A DNA stretch of 64,000 bases from Candidatus Melainabacteria bacterium 17Bon1m (GCA_032128875.1 JAVLKG010000015.1:28346-92345), one strand, 5' to 3'; shown: positions 41,001 through 50,269, counted from the stretch's first letter. Translations and numbers: made by a program. Notes: generated by a model not told the origin, from the letters alone.

Positions 41001-42863
41001 GTCTGCTTCTTTGATTTCAGACAGTTTGCCATTGGTGCCATACTTAAATTCACGCACCTGATTGTCGGCTGATTGTGTGCGTACGACGCGACCTTGTGGG
41101 TCAAAACTTACTTGGCTGCCGTCCTTGTTTTTGACTTCGAAGCCTTTGACTTTACCGTTATCGCCATACTCAAAACGAGTACTGGAGCCGTCTGCGTTGT
41201 CGGCTCTCTGGATGGTAGAGTTTTTGTCGAACGTCAGATTGCGTCCATCTGTGGTTCCAATCCTGCGATTACCTGTAGCGAGATCGTTTTCTTGATACGT
41301 TCCATCAGGTCGCACCAAAACGTTCATCTTGCGAGTTTGGTTGCTGCCTTCCTTCGTCCAGTTAGTACCGTCTGTAGTGCTCCACTTCGCGCCGGTGCTC
41401 TCAGTTACTTTTGAAATTTTGCCGTCTTGACCGTAGTCAAACTGGCGCCAGGTGCCGTTGGATGCTTCAACGCGCGAGATCCGGTTGTCTTTGTCGACTG
41501 AGATAGTCGACCCGTCCGGCTTGAAGACGCGCTTGCTGCCGTCAGCCGAAACTTCGCGATAGAGACCTTCTTCATTCGCCTCGAGCCGCCCTTTCCAGCT
41601 CTCTTTGGTCTTTTCATTGGTCCAATTCTGCCCGTCTTTGGAGGTCCAAGTGCCGGTAGAGTCGGTCATTTTGCTCATGCGACCTTGATCGTCGTACTCG
41701 AATTTTCTTGCCTTGCCTCGGGCATCAACAATTTGAGTGACTTGATCCAGTGCATTCTTGGTGACTTGCGAGCCGTCACGATTGGTGCGCTCAAGCCGGG
41801 TCTTGTCGCCTTCTTTGACTTCGTTCCAGCCGTCGCTGCGTTTTGCAACTTCCTTGCCGTCTGGGTATTTCTCGCGCACCGTACCGTCAGCATCAACCGA
41901 AATTTCAAGTTTTGCAGAATTCCTTGTGCCTTCTTGTTGCCAAGTTTTGCCGTCTTGTGTGCGCCAAACACTACCGTCCGGTTCTTGAACACCATTAAGC
42001 TTTTTGTTGGCGTCATAGGTGAAACGCCTTTCTGCGCCCGCCTTGTCTTTAACCGCGACGACGTTGCCGTCCTTGTCTCGCGAAACAGTCGAGCCGTCCA
42101 TTTTGAAAGTGGTCGTCTCGCCGCGAGCGTTCTTGACTGTCTGTGCGCCGTCTTGCGCCACCGATATTTCGCCCGAGCGATTTTGCCGCGTTTTCTCATT
42201 CGTCCAATTCTTACCGTCGCTGCTGCGCCAGGTAGAGCCATCCGGCTCGACAATTGAAGCCAGCCTGCCGTCGCTTTCATAGCCGTATCCGCGCTTGGCA
42301 CCGGAGGCATCGATAGACGCGGTAACACGATGCTTCTCATCAAACAACAACTGCGTGCCATCGTTGTTCATGCGCTTCGTTTCGTTGCCGTTAGCATCAA
42401 GCATGCTGACGCTGCGGTCAGGATTGCGCTTCATCTGCCTGCCGTCAGGCATAACCAGCGTATAAGTGCCGTCTTGTTCGAACTTCACGTCTTTGACGGG
42501 GATTTTCTCGCCAGTTTGTTTCAAAATAAGAGACTTTCCGTCCGCCGAGCGATTCCACTCGGTGCCGTCGGTTTCAGTAATGCGCACGACATTCCCGTTG
42601 GCGTCTCTTCCCGCGTTTACCGTGTAACCACTTTCGCGTTTGAAAGCCTCGGTCTGCTGAATCGCATTGGGATCCGCAAGTTGCCCAAGCAACGCTTCCT
42701 GACTCGGAAGTGATGCAATTTCCTCACGTTTTGCAGCGGCGGTTCTGGTAAGTTGCTCGAGCCCCTCAACTGCCTCATTGGCGGCGTGATCCTCTTCCAC
42801 CTCTTCCGGCGGATCCTCAATGCGAGACTCTTTCTTAGGTTGAGCTTCTAAGGGCGTAGACAC
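35067..42863 (-). CDS. Giant 2598-aa protein: YD/RHS-like beta repeats, annexin-like repeats, Gly-rich hydrophobic segment, C-terminal PRTase-like domain
   Basis: F.YD..G.l..v.E.DG..W.S.DG..W repeats (about 42620-40570); GTD/DE..I...L....ER..Y annexin-like units (about 40545-38320); AIAAGAVGGAFFTGG..; RLVFIDDYAMSGHQ and PYGGPNNN near the C-terminus. Confidence 0.85.
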   Translation of the reverse strand: MSTPLEAQPKKESRIEDPPEEVEEDHAANEAVEGLEQLTRTAAAKREEIASLPSQEALLGQLADPNAIQQTEAFKRESGYTVNAGRDANGNVVRITETDGTEWNRSADGKSLILKQTGEKIPVKDVKFEQDGTYTLVMPDGRQMKRNPDRSVSMLDANGNETKRMNNDGTQLLFDEKHRVTASIDASGAKRGYGYESDGRLASIVEPDGSTWRSSDGKNWTNEKTRQNRSGEISVAQDGAQTVKNARGETTTFKMDGSTVSRDKDGNVVAVKDKAGAERRFTYDANKKLNGVQEPDGSVWRTQDGKTWQQEGTRNSAKLEISVDADGTVREKYPDGKEVAKRSDGWNEVKEGDKTRLERTNRDGSQVTKNALDQVTQIVDARGKARKFEYDDQGRMSKMTDSTGTWTSKDGQNWTNEKTKESWKGRLEANEEGLYREVSADGSKRVFKPDGSTISVDKDNRISRVEASNGTWRQFDYGQDGKISKVTESTGAKWSTTDGTNWTKEGSNQTRKMNVLVRPDGTYQENDLATGNRRIGTTDGRNLTFDKNSTIQRADNADGSSTRFEYGDNGKVKGFEVKNKDGSQVSFDPQGRVVRTQSADNQVREFKYGTNGKLSEIKEADGKVWTSKDGENWESNKGDKSKGAAWVTPDGNYNYIENNTVVTKQLDGNTRRSDLSGVYRVENKAGQVVETLDSKGVKRTFAYGADGNVNRMTEGDASWETKDGKNWTNTKDGSKWQGTVKVEKDGTYYQEDTAGNKQWRKMDGSRQDVNYKAMEAAADALETAMNEGFMWGAGTDKDTVYATLENKTAAERQMIRDIWDKKHASKYGANWNLEKEFADEMKGSDLEKAMSLLNRPDGADNAGTIRQALVERGETFGRSNSELEKIVRNTLETMSAAEIAQTDAEYRRRYGHGLNDAIQNDPNLSAATKDSAKVYIKGHDNRTPEETKQLALNAVNAGNAEMFQESMRRAPKEVRDYFTNGEGKDTLKKKFEGGVLNFLTGGNLTDTELRHVQDYAEYGKLSVATQVTDNRSWLGDNEEAIEHSLASMSKEERDRYALGKRIANNQTLETPVSESDKQKALDYYTKTHEQLKAAAGKWFSGDSQINELAKWEDMITQKGGSLVTQLANHRGNIYDSSMQDVISTVENMSQEDWDRLKNDPAQIGKIEQVLKTYLSQEEFDRTMKVITDKKNATSYDASKQERRPVLDAIEDNKRWYNNDEAAIYKTLENMTDNERAQYKRASEPGASDADKKFKDDLDAKLKQSLDPSEQKVAFGLLEQVQRGEKPQMGILDKLNLQASYFDSDEAQVIRDIQGAFDKDPKMRDRITNPQTPEDKAFSENFKDAARRAMGSSDYEKYAKPLIETGKLSVELQMDLNNGVFNDDEQGAYQDIQRASAAERQRILTDKRFQERVMGFLSEDERKVALASMEQGEMRPEDKLRSYQLGLGTSEAEIRETLAALNDRTQLKSEGKTEAEIDQVIQQRIQKVRDEYARKYGSDLSADLVSELGGKDQRQALRQVNGRDARSEFLYALNDAATTRSGFGSGFVDRAWDGTGYQLDNEVNQLAAKMVEDPAKMREYVDNVYKMVDMHASSKEALADAVVDTAIAAGAVGGAFFTGGVSLSLLAYTGAAAAVFKVGAKGAIMGGDYDWGSSQVALDGATGFADGFTTFLGAGVATSAADKVLFLGGRHLLKEGGEAALKRGAATLVKEGLAQGGKITDEAIGILAKQISKEGQEQAVAQMLKKSIAESMEEQSRTFLKQLIKSTPDNVLAGMAGGGLSGTMRAGAEARDFKEFMQMAATSTAFGGLGGGVGTWVLAPGMHVAGKGWTAASPYVRSAASTLEDLGARAKVAVRGTPDANLPAQRVVPHEDGTFVRARMDEPVVEQPVVPGRDGVEPVRVANEPVVDANPSVVRRTETPDEKVKPKEDAEAPPTRREGEGEQLRPTTDAPSGLMRPDELKEFAEQISAKFGNRPITKESFNDLFNGDYTIDGVTRKLTADEQKIVRELMEQSGPNMSNKAINQRMEALREQAEKIDGWSWRNRSRGFTEESGPPTATVFTLDGASDGNGLAHLFRANSGLDVDVRILTGAELLRIKEAAVKIKAAEDAIAKFTKEAAGDLDAVLPGKKLTTRELIQKQQDSINSLREEYNLNNVMFFDNIANATPEQRQILSSVKNLLVADMDGFTRGPNIYDLSIAQMTGNNGAVKDKIGQMLGEINRLKAAEGISDSDAAAKLLREQYAKTVREQFDNAHVVNSNEVTGGRVARDLTADTARLHGANDYQTDALYRQIFEPQATPQQIENFLGKMNAEQQRLAARLLMEGTQVNTYADMMTQAAQLHKKILETVPGGDPKNMLIITGLEAGGGSSYMINNLYGKVNGLTPENFVSMNDIRALARYKSLKNVPDSLKPLYESLKTKRLVFIDDYAMSGHQIPKLLDQNQKNVFSVLQSRFMEDGKPLIQDITVGTLGRHDVPGGKNPWTNQADYPNLFPADGKPHLNVKVVDSPSTYLPLNHPNNRFYNSLTPHEQDVLTTMMSNSMYRFSDVRSALILPYGGPNNNIPWIQAFIESPTGLGLPRRFRNHDWTPVIDGTGPVPVPRD

Positions 42864-43118
42864 GAGTTTTTAGAAACGCTGGTAAGTGGTTTCGGCGCAG
42901 TTCGGCAGTTACTTCTTTATTCCCGAAGGGGGATAGTTTTAGCCTATAAATCGTTTGTGACAAACTGGTTGCAGCATCTATACGCAACCGCGACAATTTC
43001 GACCAAAATCGCTCGATTTAATCAAAACAGCGCGCATTTAACGTTCGCGCCCGGTTTAATCTGAGCCAACCTCGTGGCAGCCGTTAATGAAGCAGGTTGT
43101 CAGATCATGTAAATACTC

Positions 43119-44573
43119 ATGATTATGTCCCAAAGGCCTCTACCTCGCTATTTTGTCAGCCGACAAGACGATAAGTCGTTTGCGGATTGCATAAGCACGC
43201 TAGATCCTTGCCATGCCATAGACAGCTTCTTCATTGGCGGCCGGCACCTTGTAGAACGCGAGTGGGTTGTAACCATCGACTCAGCCGGTTACCTCAAAGC
43301 TGCAGACGGCGACAAGCTAGGCAGTTTGCCTGCCGAAGTACAGCAAGACCTAGCTTTCAACGAGGTTATTGGTAGCGCAGCCAACCGCACGCTCGACAGT
43401 TCCGCGGTATATCTTTTCTACCTCGAGGCGCTGGAACAGCCGCCGGAAACACCCGGCTTGAACGACCCTGTTTATCTCTACGGCACCCTCTACGGACCCT
43501 TCCCGTCATCGTCCAACGACAGCCTGCGCGGCATTAACGGTCAGTTGACCGTCAACCGTATGGACTTGCTTGCCGGACTAGTCGATTCTGCAAAATTCGC
43601 CTTTAATTACCAATCGGTCGGCAACGAAACTCTGAGATGTTTCAACTTGCTTTTGCCAGGAGACCGAGAAGAGGAAATCGCGCAAGGAAAAGGGCTTGTT
43701 ATGGCGTACCCGCTCATGCCCGCCGAAGTCGTGATGGGAGAGCCCTGGAACGAAATTGTCGTTTGCGGTCTTATTTTCGACATCCTGTCAGCGCTCAAGG
43801 AAGATCTGGAAAAAGAGAAGGTCAACCATCCGTTGCGCAGCATGACCCTACCAGTGCCCAACCGTGCCTGGCTGGAGCAGCAATTGGAATCAAACGGCTA
43901 CCAGATCAAAGGAAACATCGCCACACGCTTGCCAGGCTCTAATACAGGCATTCCAAAGATGCTCTCCTACGCTCTCGGACATTTGATCAAAGACAAAACC
44001 ACCTTGCCGCCGCAAGGCACCATCAACGATTTCATCGAAATTGCAGAAGCGACAATCAAACATTTACCAGGCTTTCCTTCTACACGATTGAAAGCCCTGC
44101 GTTCACGAGTGCGCGATGTTTCGCCGGAAGCCCGTGCTCAGGGTTCGCGCACAAAAACCGCGCCGTTGCAACCGGCTCGAATACCGGCGGGACAGGTGTT
44201 TCCCGCACAAATGGGCAACGCTCCGGCAACCAAGAAAGTTGACTGGATGCAAGATTTCATCACCAAACATCGCCCAGCCGGAGGCGGCGAAACCCGCCTG
44301 ACCACGATGTCGGGACTTGCAAATTCTCGTCCTTCCCAACCTGCAAAAGCGCCAGCGAAAGCAGAAACGAAATTAAATGCTAAACCTGACTGGATGAGCG
44401 ATTTTGATGGTCAGCCAGCGGGCAAAGAGAATATCAATTCCGAAGGACCTACAGAGAAGAAAGAGAAGAAAAACGAAAACTCTCAGCAGCGCAAAGAGCA
44501 GAAGCAGAACCAGAACCAGAACCAAAAGCCAGAACAAAAACAAGAACAAGACTGGATGAAAGATTTCCAGTAG
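43119..44573 (+). CDS. Hypothetical protein with disordered tail carrying three DWMxDF motifs
   Basis: 484-aa ORF; DWMQDF, DWMSDF and DWMKDF, the last at the C-terminus; Q/N/K-rich linker. Confidence 0.8.
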   Translation: MIMSQRPLPRYFVSRQDDKSFADCISTLDPCHAIDSFFIGGRHLVEREWVVTIDSAGYLKAADGDKLGSLPAEVQQDLAFNEVIGSAANRTLDSSAVYLFYLEALEQPPETPGLNDPVYLYGTLYGPFPSSSNDSLRGINGQLTVNRMDLLAGLVDSAKFAFNYQSVGNETLRCFNLLLPGDREEEIAQGKGLVMAYPLMPAEVVMGEPWNEIVVCGLIFDILSALKEDLEKEKVNHPLRSMTLPVPNRAWLEQQLESNGYQIKGNIATRLPGSNTGIPKMLSYALGHLIKDKTTLPPQGTINDFIEIAEATIKHLPGFPSTRLKALRSRVRDVSPEARAQGSRTKTAPLQPARIPAGQVFPAQMGNAPATKKVDWMQDFITKHRPAGGGETRLTTMSGLANSRPSQPAKAPAKAETKLNAKPDWMSDFDGQPAGKENINSEGPTEKKEKKNENSQQRKEQKQNQNQNQKPEQKQEQDWMKDFQ

Positions 44574-44646
44574 AAGAAAACAACCGAGGAAGCCCCGTTT
44601 AGAAATCCACTCACAACACATCCACAACCAACAGGTAAAACAGCCG

Positions 44647-45576
44647 ATGACTAAAGTTCATGAAAGACCAGTAGAACCCTTCTCCGACATTCACTTCGAA
44701 CACGGAGAAGTGAGAGCGACACTGTTGCATGATCCGACAGTGGAAGGCATGGACATGGCGCTCTACCTTGATGGTTCGGGCAGCATGAGCGACGAGTACG
44801 AAAACAAAGCAAAATCCGAGACCTTTCTCGATTGGCTATTCGGCAGAAAAACTGTCATCCAAGACAACGTCGTAGAACCGCAAGCACGCTGGATACTCGA
44901 ATATCTCGCCACAAAAGATCGCAACGGCTTCTTGCGCGTAGCCTATTGGGCAACCGGCACGGCAGGCTCGATTGAAGTGATCGGAGAATTGCAGGGCAAA
45001 GACGTTCACAGCTACAAATTTCCTGGTCCAAAGAAATTCGGTAATCAAACAAATTTGAAACCGGCGATAGAAGATTATGTTGAATATTTGGAAGAGCAAA
45101 TGCAACACGGCGCTCGTCGCGGATGCGCTGTGTTCATCACCGATGGCGTCATTCACGATGCTCACGAAGTAAAATCCTACTGCGAATATCTCGTCAAGCT
45201 GATGAAGAAGGGCAAGCTGCCGAAGATGAACTTCATTCTTGTCGGCGTCGGCAAAGACGTTGATGAAGAGCAAATGGAAGACATCTGCCATGAGGAATAC
45301 GAAGGCTTTGGTCACCTATGGTGCCACCGTATCGCAGAAGAAGTCAACCAAGTCGCTGAGCTTGTCGCGGTTCTCGTCGACGAGAGCATGACCGTCGCAT
45401 CCGGAGGAACTATCACCGACGACAAAGGTCGCGTATTGGCTCGCTATGAATCGCGTCTGCCAGCCGTTCTCGAATTCAAAGTGCCGGAAGGCATTCATAG
45501 CTTCACGCTTGAAGTCAATGGACAAAAATTCACGCAACCGCTTCCGGACGAAGATGACGACGATGATCATCACTAA
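44647..45576 (+). CDS. vWA (MIDAS) domain protein, paralog 1
   Basis: LYLDGSGSM (DxSxS), T.L.PA, FITDG, FILVGVG; HLWCHR; acidic/His tail DEDDDDDHH. Confidence 0.85.
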   Translation: MTKVHERPVEPFSDIHFEHGEVRATLLHDPTVEGMDMALYLDGSGSMSDEYENKAKSETFLDWLFGRKTVIQDNVVEPQARWILEYLATKDRNGFLRVAYWATGTAGSIEVIGELQGKDVHSYKFPGPKKFGNQTNLKPAIEDYVEYLEEQMQHGARRGCAVFITDGVIHDAHEVKSYCEYLVKLMKKGKLPKMNFILVGVGKDVDEEQMEDICHEEYEGFGHLWCHRIAEEVNQVAELVAVLVDESMTVASGGTITDDKGRVLARYESRLPAVLEFKVPEGIHSFTLEVNGQKFTQPLPDEDDDDDHH

Positions 45577-45592
45577 ACCAATTAAGCGTGGT

Positions 45593-45633
45593 GGCGCGTT
45601 GCACGCGCCCTCGGGCGGCATTAATGCCGCCCG
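45593..45633. repeat. REP-like palindrome pair
   Basis: GGCGCGT-tgc-ACGCGCC and the perfect 22-bp palindrome CGGGCGGCATTAATGCCGCCCG. Confidence 0.7.
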
Positions 45634-45722
45634 CCGACAGCTTTGGGAGCCAATAGTTCAAAAAAAACCAATACAAAATCCGGCAGCGGAACCGCACATA
45701 TTCCGCAGCAAAGAAGGACAAA

Positions 45723-46679
45723 ATGAGTCACAAACACGAAACTATCGTCAAGCCATTTTCCGACGTTCACAACAAAGGTGGAAAAATTCTCGCCACCTTG
45801 CTGCATGATCCAACGATCGAAGGACTCGATGTAGCGCTGTACATGGACGGCTCCGCCAGCATGGAAGACGAGTATGGACCGCGCGGCGTTCTTGCCAAAC
45901 TTGGCGGCGTGCGCAATCAAGTCGAGCCGCAAATGCGATGGATGCTCGAATATCTGGCAACCAAAGATAAAGACGGCGTTCTGCGCGTCGCTTACTGGGC
46001 AACTGGAGACGGTTCTGAGCTTGAAATTGTCGGTGATCTCACCGGTGTTCAAGCAAAAGAATACAAATTCCCCGGACCCAAGTTCTACGGCAAAGGCACG
46101 GTTATGTTGCCGGTCTTGCGTGACTACGTTGCGCACATCAAAAACCACAGCGACAAGCACATCAAGCGCGGTCTCGCTGTAATCATCACAGACAGCCAGA
46201 TCTACGATCCAGACGACATCAAAGCGTACTCTGCACAAGTCGCCAAAGAGATCGAAGCGGGCCGTTTGCCGAAGATCAACTTCGTGCTCGTGGGCGTCGG
46301 CGAGCAAATCGATGAAGAACAGATGGAGGAAATCTGCCACCAAGAATATCCCGGTATCGGACACCTCTGGTGCCACCGCATCGCCGACAAGATGGAAGAG
46401 ATGGCAGAGTTGGTCGCGGTTCTTGTGGATGAAACAATGACCGTCGCATCGGGTGGTGTCATATACGATGACAAAGGCAACGTGTTAAAACGTTATGAAA
46501 CGCGCTTGCCTGCAGTCATGGAATTCACCGTTCCTGCTGGATGCCAAAGCTTCACACTGGAAGTAAATGGTGAGAAATTCACCCAACCTATTCCAGAAGA
46601 GGACCACCATGACGACGATGATGACGATGACGATCATCAACCGCAGGTTCAGCAAGCAAAAGGCGGACACAAACACTAA
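45723..46679 (+). CDS. vWA (MIDAS) domain protein, paralog 2
   Basis: LYMDGSASM, IITDS, FVLVGVG, HLWCHR; clearly collinear with 44647-45576; tail EEDHHDDDDDDDDH...GGHKH. Confidence 0.85.
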   Translation: MSHKHETIVKPFSDVHNKGGKILATLLHDPTIEGLDVALYMDGSASMEDEYGPRGVLAKLGGVRNQVEPQMRWMLEYLATKDKDGVLRVAYWATGDGSELEIVGDLTGVQAKEYKFPGPKFYGKGTVMLPVLRDYVAHIKNHSDKHIKRGLAVIITDSQIYDPDDIKAYSAQVAKEIEAGRLPKINFVLVGVGEQIDEEQMEEICHQEYPGIGHLWCHRIADKMEEMAELVAVLVDETMTVASGGVIYDDKGNVLKRYETRLPAVMEFTVPAGCQSFTLEVNGEKFTQPIPEEDHHDDDDDDDDHQPQVQQAKGGHKH

Positions 46680-46690
46680 TCAAAAGGCCT

Positions 46691-46715
46691 GTAAGGGCGA
46701 CGCATGCCGTCGCCC
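46691..46715. repeat. REP-like palindrome
   Basis: GTAA-GGGCGACG-catgc-CGTCGCCC. Confidence 0.65.
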
Positions 46716-46784
46716 GGTTGTGGGACCAAACAGGGCCATTACGAACTTCACTGAATCGGCACTAAGGAATTAGCTCGGGAGTTT

Positions 46785-49517
46785 ATGAGTAAGAAAAAGG
46801 ATCAAGGTTCGTCACAGTCATCGCACGACCACGGCGAGCACAAGCACGGACCTGGCTGCAATCACGATCATGAGCATGAACCAAAGAAAGAGGAGCACGT
46901 CCACGGTCCCGGTTGCTCGCACGGACATGACCATGAGCACGAACACAAGCACGAAGATAAAGAACACGTCCACGGTCCAGGCTGCTCGCACGGACATGAC
47001 CATGAGCACGAACACGGACACGACTATGGACACGGTGGATGCGGTCACGACCATGGACATGGGCACGACCACGATCATCACCACGAAAAAATTGACTACG
47101 ACAAGCGCAGACGCGAAGCGCCAATGACGACAAAAGCAGCTGAAACAGGCGGTTCAGCATGCCAGATGGAGCTGGATGTCGTCATTCCCGGCGAGGAAGA
47201 TGAAGTTGGAAGATTCGAACAATTAGAAAAGGAACTCGAAATGTTCATCGGCGTGACCGATGTTCACGTCCGAAAAGACGGCGATTTTCCGGAAGTCTGC
47301 ATTCACTACACGCCAGAAAAAGTTTCACTCGAAAAGTTACGTGACGCGATCAATTCAATCGGCACAGCGGTCAGCAAGCGCTATTTACAGCACACATGGT
47401 TTGTTCGAAACATGGAATCAGCGCAATGCGGATACGTAATCGAGCACTCCTTGCACCGCATGCCTGGAATACTTTCAGCCAACGTCGCATACGCAGCAGA
47501 ACGTCTGGTAGTTGAATACGACCGCGAATTGACACGGCCGAAACAGATCAACAAGCGTATCGAACTTCTAGGCTACGAGCTGGAAGAGCCAGAGAAAGGT
47601 CATGCGTGTTCTTTCCATGCACACGGCAACAGCGGGCTGGCTCCAAAGATTCAAATGCCACTCACAATTGCGGGCGGAGTACTCTTGGTGGCTGGTTTCG
47701 GCTGGCAACATTTGGTTAATCCGGCGGACATAGTCGGCGAAGTGCTTATGTTTCTCGCCATGGTTTGCTCTGGATTCTTCCCATTCAAAGGTGCGCTAAG
47801 CTCAGTCAGACAGGGCGTTTTCAGTATTGAAACATTGATGGTTCTCGCAGCAGTGGGAGCAGGACTCACTGGTGCTTTTTTTGAAGGCGCTTTCTTGTTG
47901 TTCCTCTTCAGCATGGGTCACGCACTGGAACACCGAGCAATGGACAAGGCGCGAAACGCGCTCGATGAGCTCGGCAAGCTGCGTCCACAGAATGCACTTG
48001 TCAAAAAGGGCAATGACATGGTGGAAACACCTGTCGCAGAAGTCCAGCGCGGAGACATTGTTGTAGTCCGACCAGGGGACAGAGTTCCTCTAGATGGAAC
48101 CATAAGATCAGGCAAATCCTCACTTGACCAAGCAACAATCACAGGTGAGTCTGTACCAGTCGCAAAACAGGTTGGTGATGAGGTTTTCGCTGGCACTATA
48201 AATACTGACAGCGCACTCGAAGTCGAAGTAACAAAACTATCTTCAGAGTCTATGCTTGCAAAAATTGTTGACCTCGTGTCGGAAGCAGAAGCACAAAAGG
48301 GTGCCAGCCAAAAGTTCGCACAAAAGGTCGAAAGGACGTTTGTACCGATCGTTCTGATCGCAGCTCCAGCCTTGACCGTGGGGCTCATGCTCTGGGGACT
48401 TCCATTGAAATTAGCTGTTCTTCGCGGCGTTTCGCTTTTGGTAGCCGCATCTCCTTGCGCATTGGCGATTGCCACTCCGGCCACGGTACTATCAGCGGTG
48501 GCGCGAGCCGCCAAAGCCGGCATTTTGATCAAGGGCGGAGTTCACCTAGAAACGCTCGGAAACGTAGAAGCCATCGCATTCGACAAGACGGGAACACTCA
48601 CAATCGGCAAACCGAGTCTTGTCAGCATCAAACCGGAAACAGGAATCAGCGAAACAGAACTACTGCAACTCGCTGGTGATGCCGAAATGCATTCCTCCCA
48701 TCCGCTCGCGCTCGCAGTAGTCAACGCGGCGAAGTCACGCGGTTTGACCCTCGGAAACTGCCAAAACTGCGAAGCAGTGCATGGTCGAGGAGTGAAATCA
48801 TCAATTGACGGAAAAGAAGTTTGGGTTGGAAGCGCGTCGCTGTTCGACTCAGACCCGCTTCCGCAGACGATTTCTGATGGTGTAAAGGAATTAGAGAAAA
48901 ATGGACAGTCAATTGTAATTGTCCGCAGCGAAGGCAAATACGTAGGAGTTCTGGGAGTTGCTGACACCGTCCGCAACGAAACCAAAACGGTTCTCAACAA
49001 GCTAAAGCAAATGGGCATCAAGCGCAATGTGATGCTTTCCGGAGACAATCAAACAGTCGCGGAGGCAATCGGATCACAAATCGGAATCGATGAAACACGC
49101 GCACCACTAATGCCAGACGGCAAAGTGAAGATGCTCAAAACGCTGTCTGAATCAGGCGGGGTTGCAATGGTCGGTGACGGAGTCAACGACGCCCCCGCTC
49201 TCGCAGCAGCGTCGGTTGGCATCGCCATGGGGGGCACGGGCTCTGACGTTGCGCTGGAAACAGCGGATCTGGTGTTGATGAGCGAAGGCTTGAGCCGCCT
49301 GCCATTTGCGGTTGAACTCTCGCGCGTCGCAACACTGACAATCAAACAGAATATGTCTATCGCACTTGGGGTAAGTGCGCTTCTCATCGTTGCGACAATT
49401 TTCGACCTCGTCCAAATCTCCAGCGCTGTGGTCTTGCACGAAGGAAGTACTCTGCTCGTCTTATTCAACGGCTTAAAACTGATCAAATTCAAAGGCTCAG
49501 AAGGCAACGTTGCATAA
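46785..49517 (+). CDS. Heavy-metal-translocating P1B-type ATPase, P1B-4 subclass, with His-rich N-terminus
   Basis: TGES, SPC (ASPCAL), DKTGT, HP, GDGVND and HEGST motifs; N-terminal HGPGCxH repeats and two HMA-like domains. Confidence 0.95.
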   Translation: MSKKKDQGSSQSSHDHGEHKHGPGCNHDHEHEPKKEEHVHGPGCSHGHDHEHEHKHEDKEHVHGPGCSHGHDHEHEHGHDYGHGGCGHDHGHGHDHDHHHEKIDYDKRRREAPMTTKAAETGGSACQMELDVVIPGEEDEVGRFEQLEKELEMFIGVTDVHVRKDGDFPEVCIHYTPEKVSLEKLRDAINSIGTAVSKRYLQHTWFVRNMESAQCGYVIEHSLHRMPGILSANVAYAAERLVVEYDRELTRPKQINKRIELLGYELEEPEKGHACSFHAHGNSGLAPKIQMPLTIAGGVLLVAGFGWQHLVNPADIVGEVLMFLAMVCSGFFPFKGALSSVRQGVFSIETLMVLAAVGAGLTGAFFEGAFLLFLFSMGHALEHRAMDKARNALDELGKLRPQNALVKKGNDMVETPVAEVQRGDIVVVRPGDRVPLDGTIRSGKSSLDQATITGESVPVAKQVGDEVFAGTINTDSALEVEVTKLSSESMLAKIVDLVSEAEAQKGASQKFAQKVERTFVPIVLIAAPALTVGLMLWGLPLKLAVLRGVSLLVAASPCALAIATPATVLSAVARAAKAGILIKGGVHLETLGNVEAIAFDKTGTLTIGKPSLVSIKPETGISETELLQLAGDAEMHSSHPLALAVVNAAKSRGLTLGNCQNCEAVHGRGVKSSIDGKEVWVGSASLFDSDPLPQTISDGVKELEKNGQSIVIVRSEGKYVGVLGVADTVRNETKTVLNKLKQMGIKRNVMLSGDNQTVAEAIGSQIGIDETRAPLMPDGKVKMLKTLSESGGVAMVGDGVNDAPALAAASVGIAMGGTGSDVALETADLVLMSEGLSRLPFAVELSRVATLTIKQNMSIALGVSALLIVATIFDLVQISSAVVLHEGSTLLVLFNGLKLIKFKGSEGNVA
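46896..47023 (+). repeat. Intragenic 69-bp tandem duplication encoding [17 protein letters not shown]
   Basis: Near-identical units start at 46896 and 46965. Confidence 0.85.
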
Positions 49518-50269
49518 TGTTCCACCTGCGTACAAAGCTAGCGTTTGCCACCACTTTGTGTGCGCTCGTCAATTTGCAACTTTTATCCTCTTGCGCTTTA
49601 GAAAACCGATACTCTGCGCTAAAGAGCGACGAACCTAAAGCAACAGAACTGCCATTCACCAAACACCCATCAATGCTCAAATCCGGCGCATCGGTGAATG
49701 ATGTGCTGAGCAAACGGGTTGTCTGCGAAAGCTATTTCGACGGCAAGGATACGATTCAAGTGATCCTTCTTGGAGATAGAGTTGTTCACGAATATCAAGA
49801 CGGGGCAGCAAGTGACATAGCGTATTTTGAGTCAAATGGTTCAAATCCAATTCAAAGCGGCTTTGGAACCGGTAATTGGGTACTTACCAATTTTTTCACT
49901 GACTTCAAAAAGCAAAAACAACTTGAAGGTCAAGCAAATCTCTCTATTCGAGTAAACTCAAATCAAACTTGCGAGGTCGTAACAAAAACCATTTACGTGC
50001 CCGGGCGAGAACCATACATAGGCGGGGATCCCACCGATCCGAAGGTGGAGGAATTTTGGCAGCAGGTGCGGTCAGCAGTAGCAGCAATTGAATCAGATCA
50101 TCTGCGCCTTCCAAGTCCCATGCACAAGTCAATGACTCTAGAATTAGTCGTCGGCCGAGATCGCACTATGTTTCCGCGATATCCAACACCATTTGACGGA
50201 CAGATGGTAAGAGATTCAAGCGGCACCATGCGTCACACCAAAGCATTTGTGAGGGACGGTGCTGAATAG
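49517..50269 (+). CDS. Secreted hypothetical protein, paralog A
   Basis: Signal-peptide-like N-terminus; ATG overlaps the ATPase stop (TAATG); GQAN, YVPG, EFW and GRDR..FPRYP shared with the next gene. Confidence 0.75.
   Translation: MFHLRTKLAFATTLCALVNLQLLSSCALENRYSALKSDEPKATELPFTKHPSMLKSGASVNDVLSKRVVCESYFDGKDTIQVILLGDRVVHEYQDGAASDIAYFESNGSNPIQSGFGTGNWVLTNFFTDFKKQKQLEGQANLSIRVNSNQTCEVVTKTIYVPGREPYIGGDPTDPKVEEFWQQVRSAVAAIESDHLRLPSPMHKSMTLELVVGRDRTMFPRYPTPFDGQMVRDSSGTMRHTKAFVRDGAE

Noticed and set aside
40570-42620. Canonical Rhs toxin call for the 2598-aa protein
   Set aside because: No Rhs core ending in PxxxxDPxG, no PAAR/VgrG and no downstream immunity gene; only YD-like repeats are supported.
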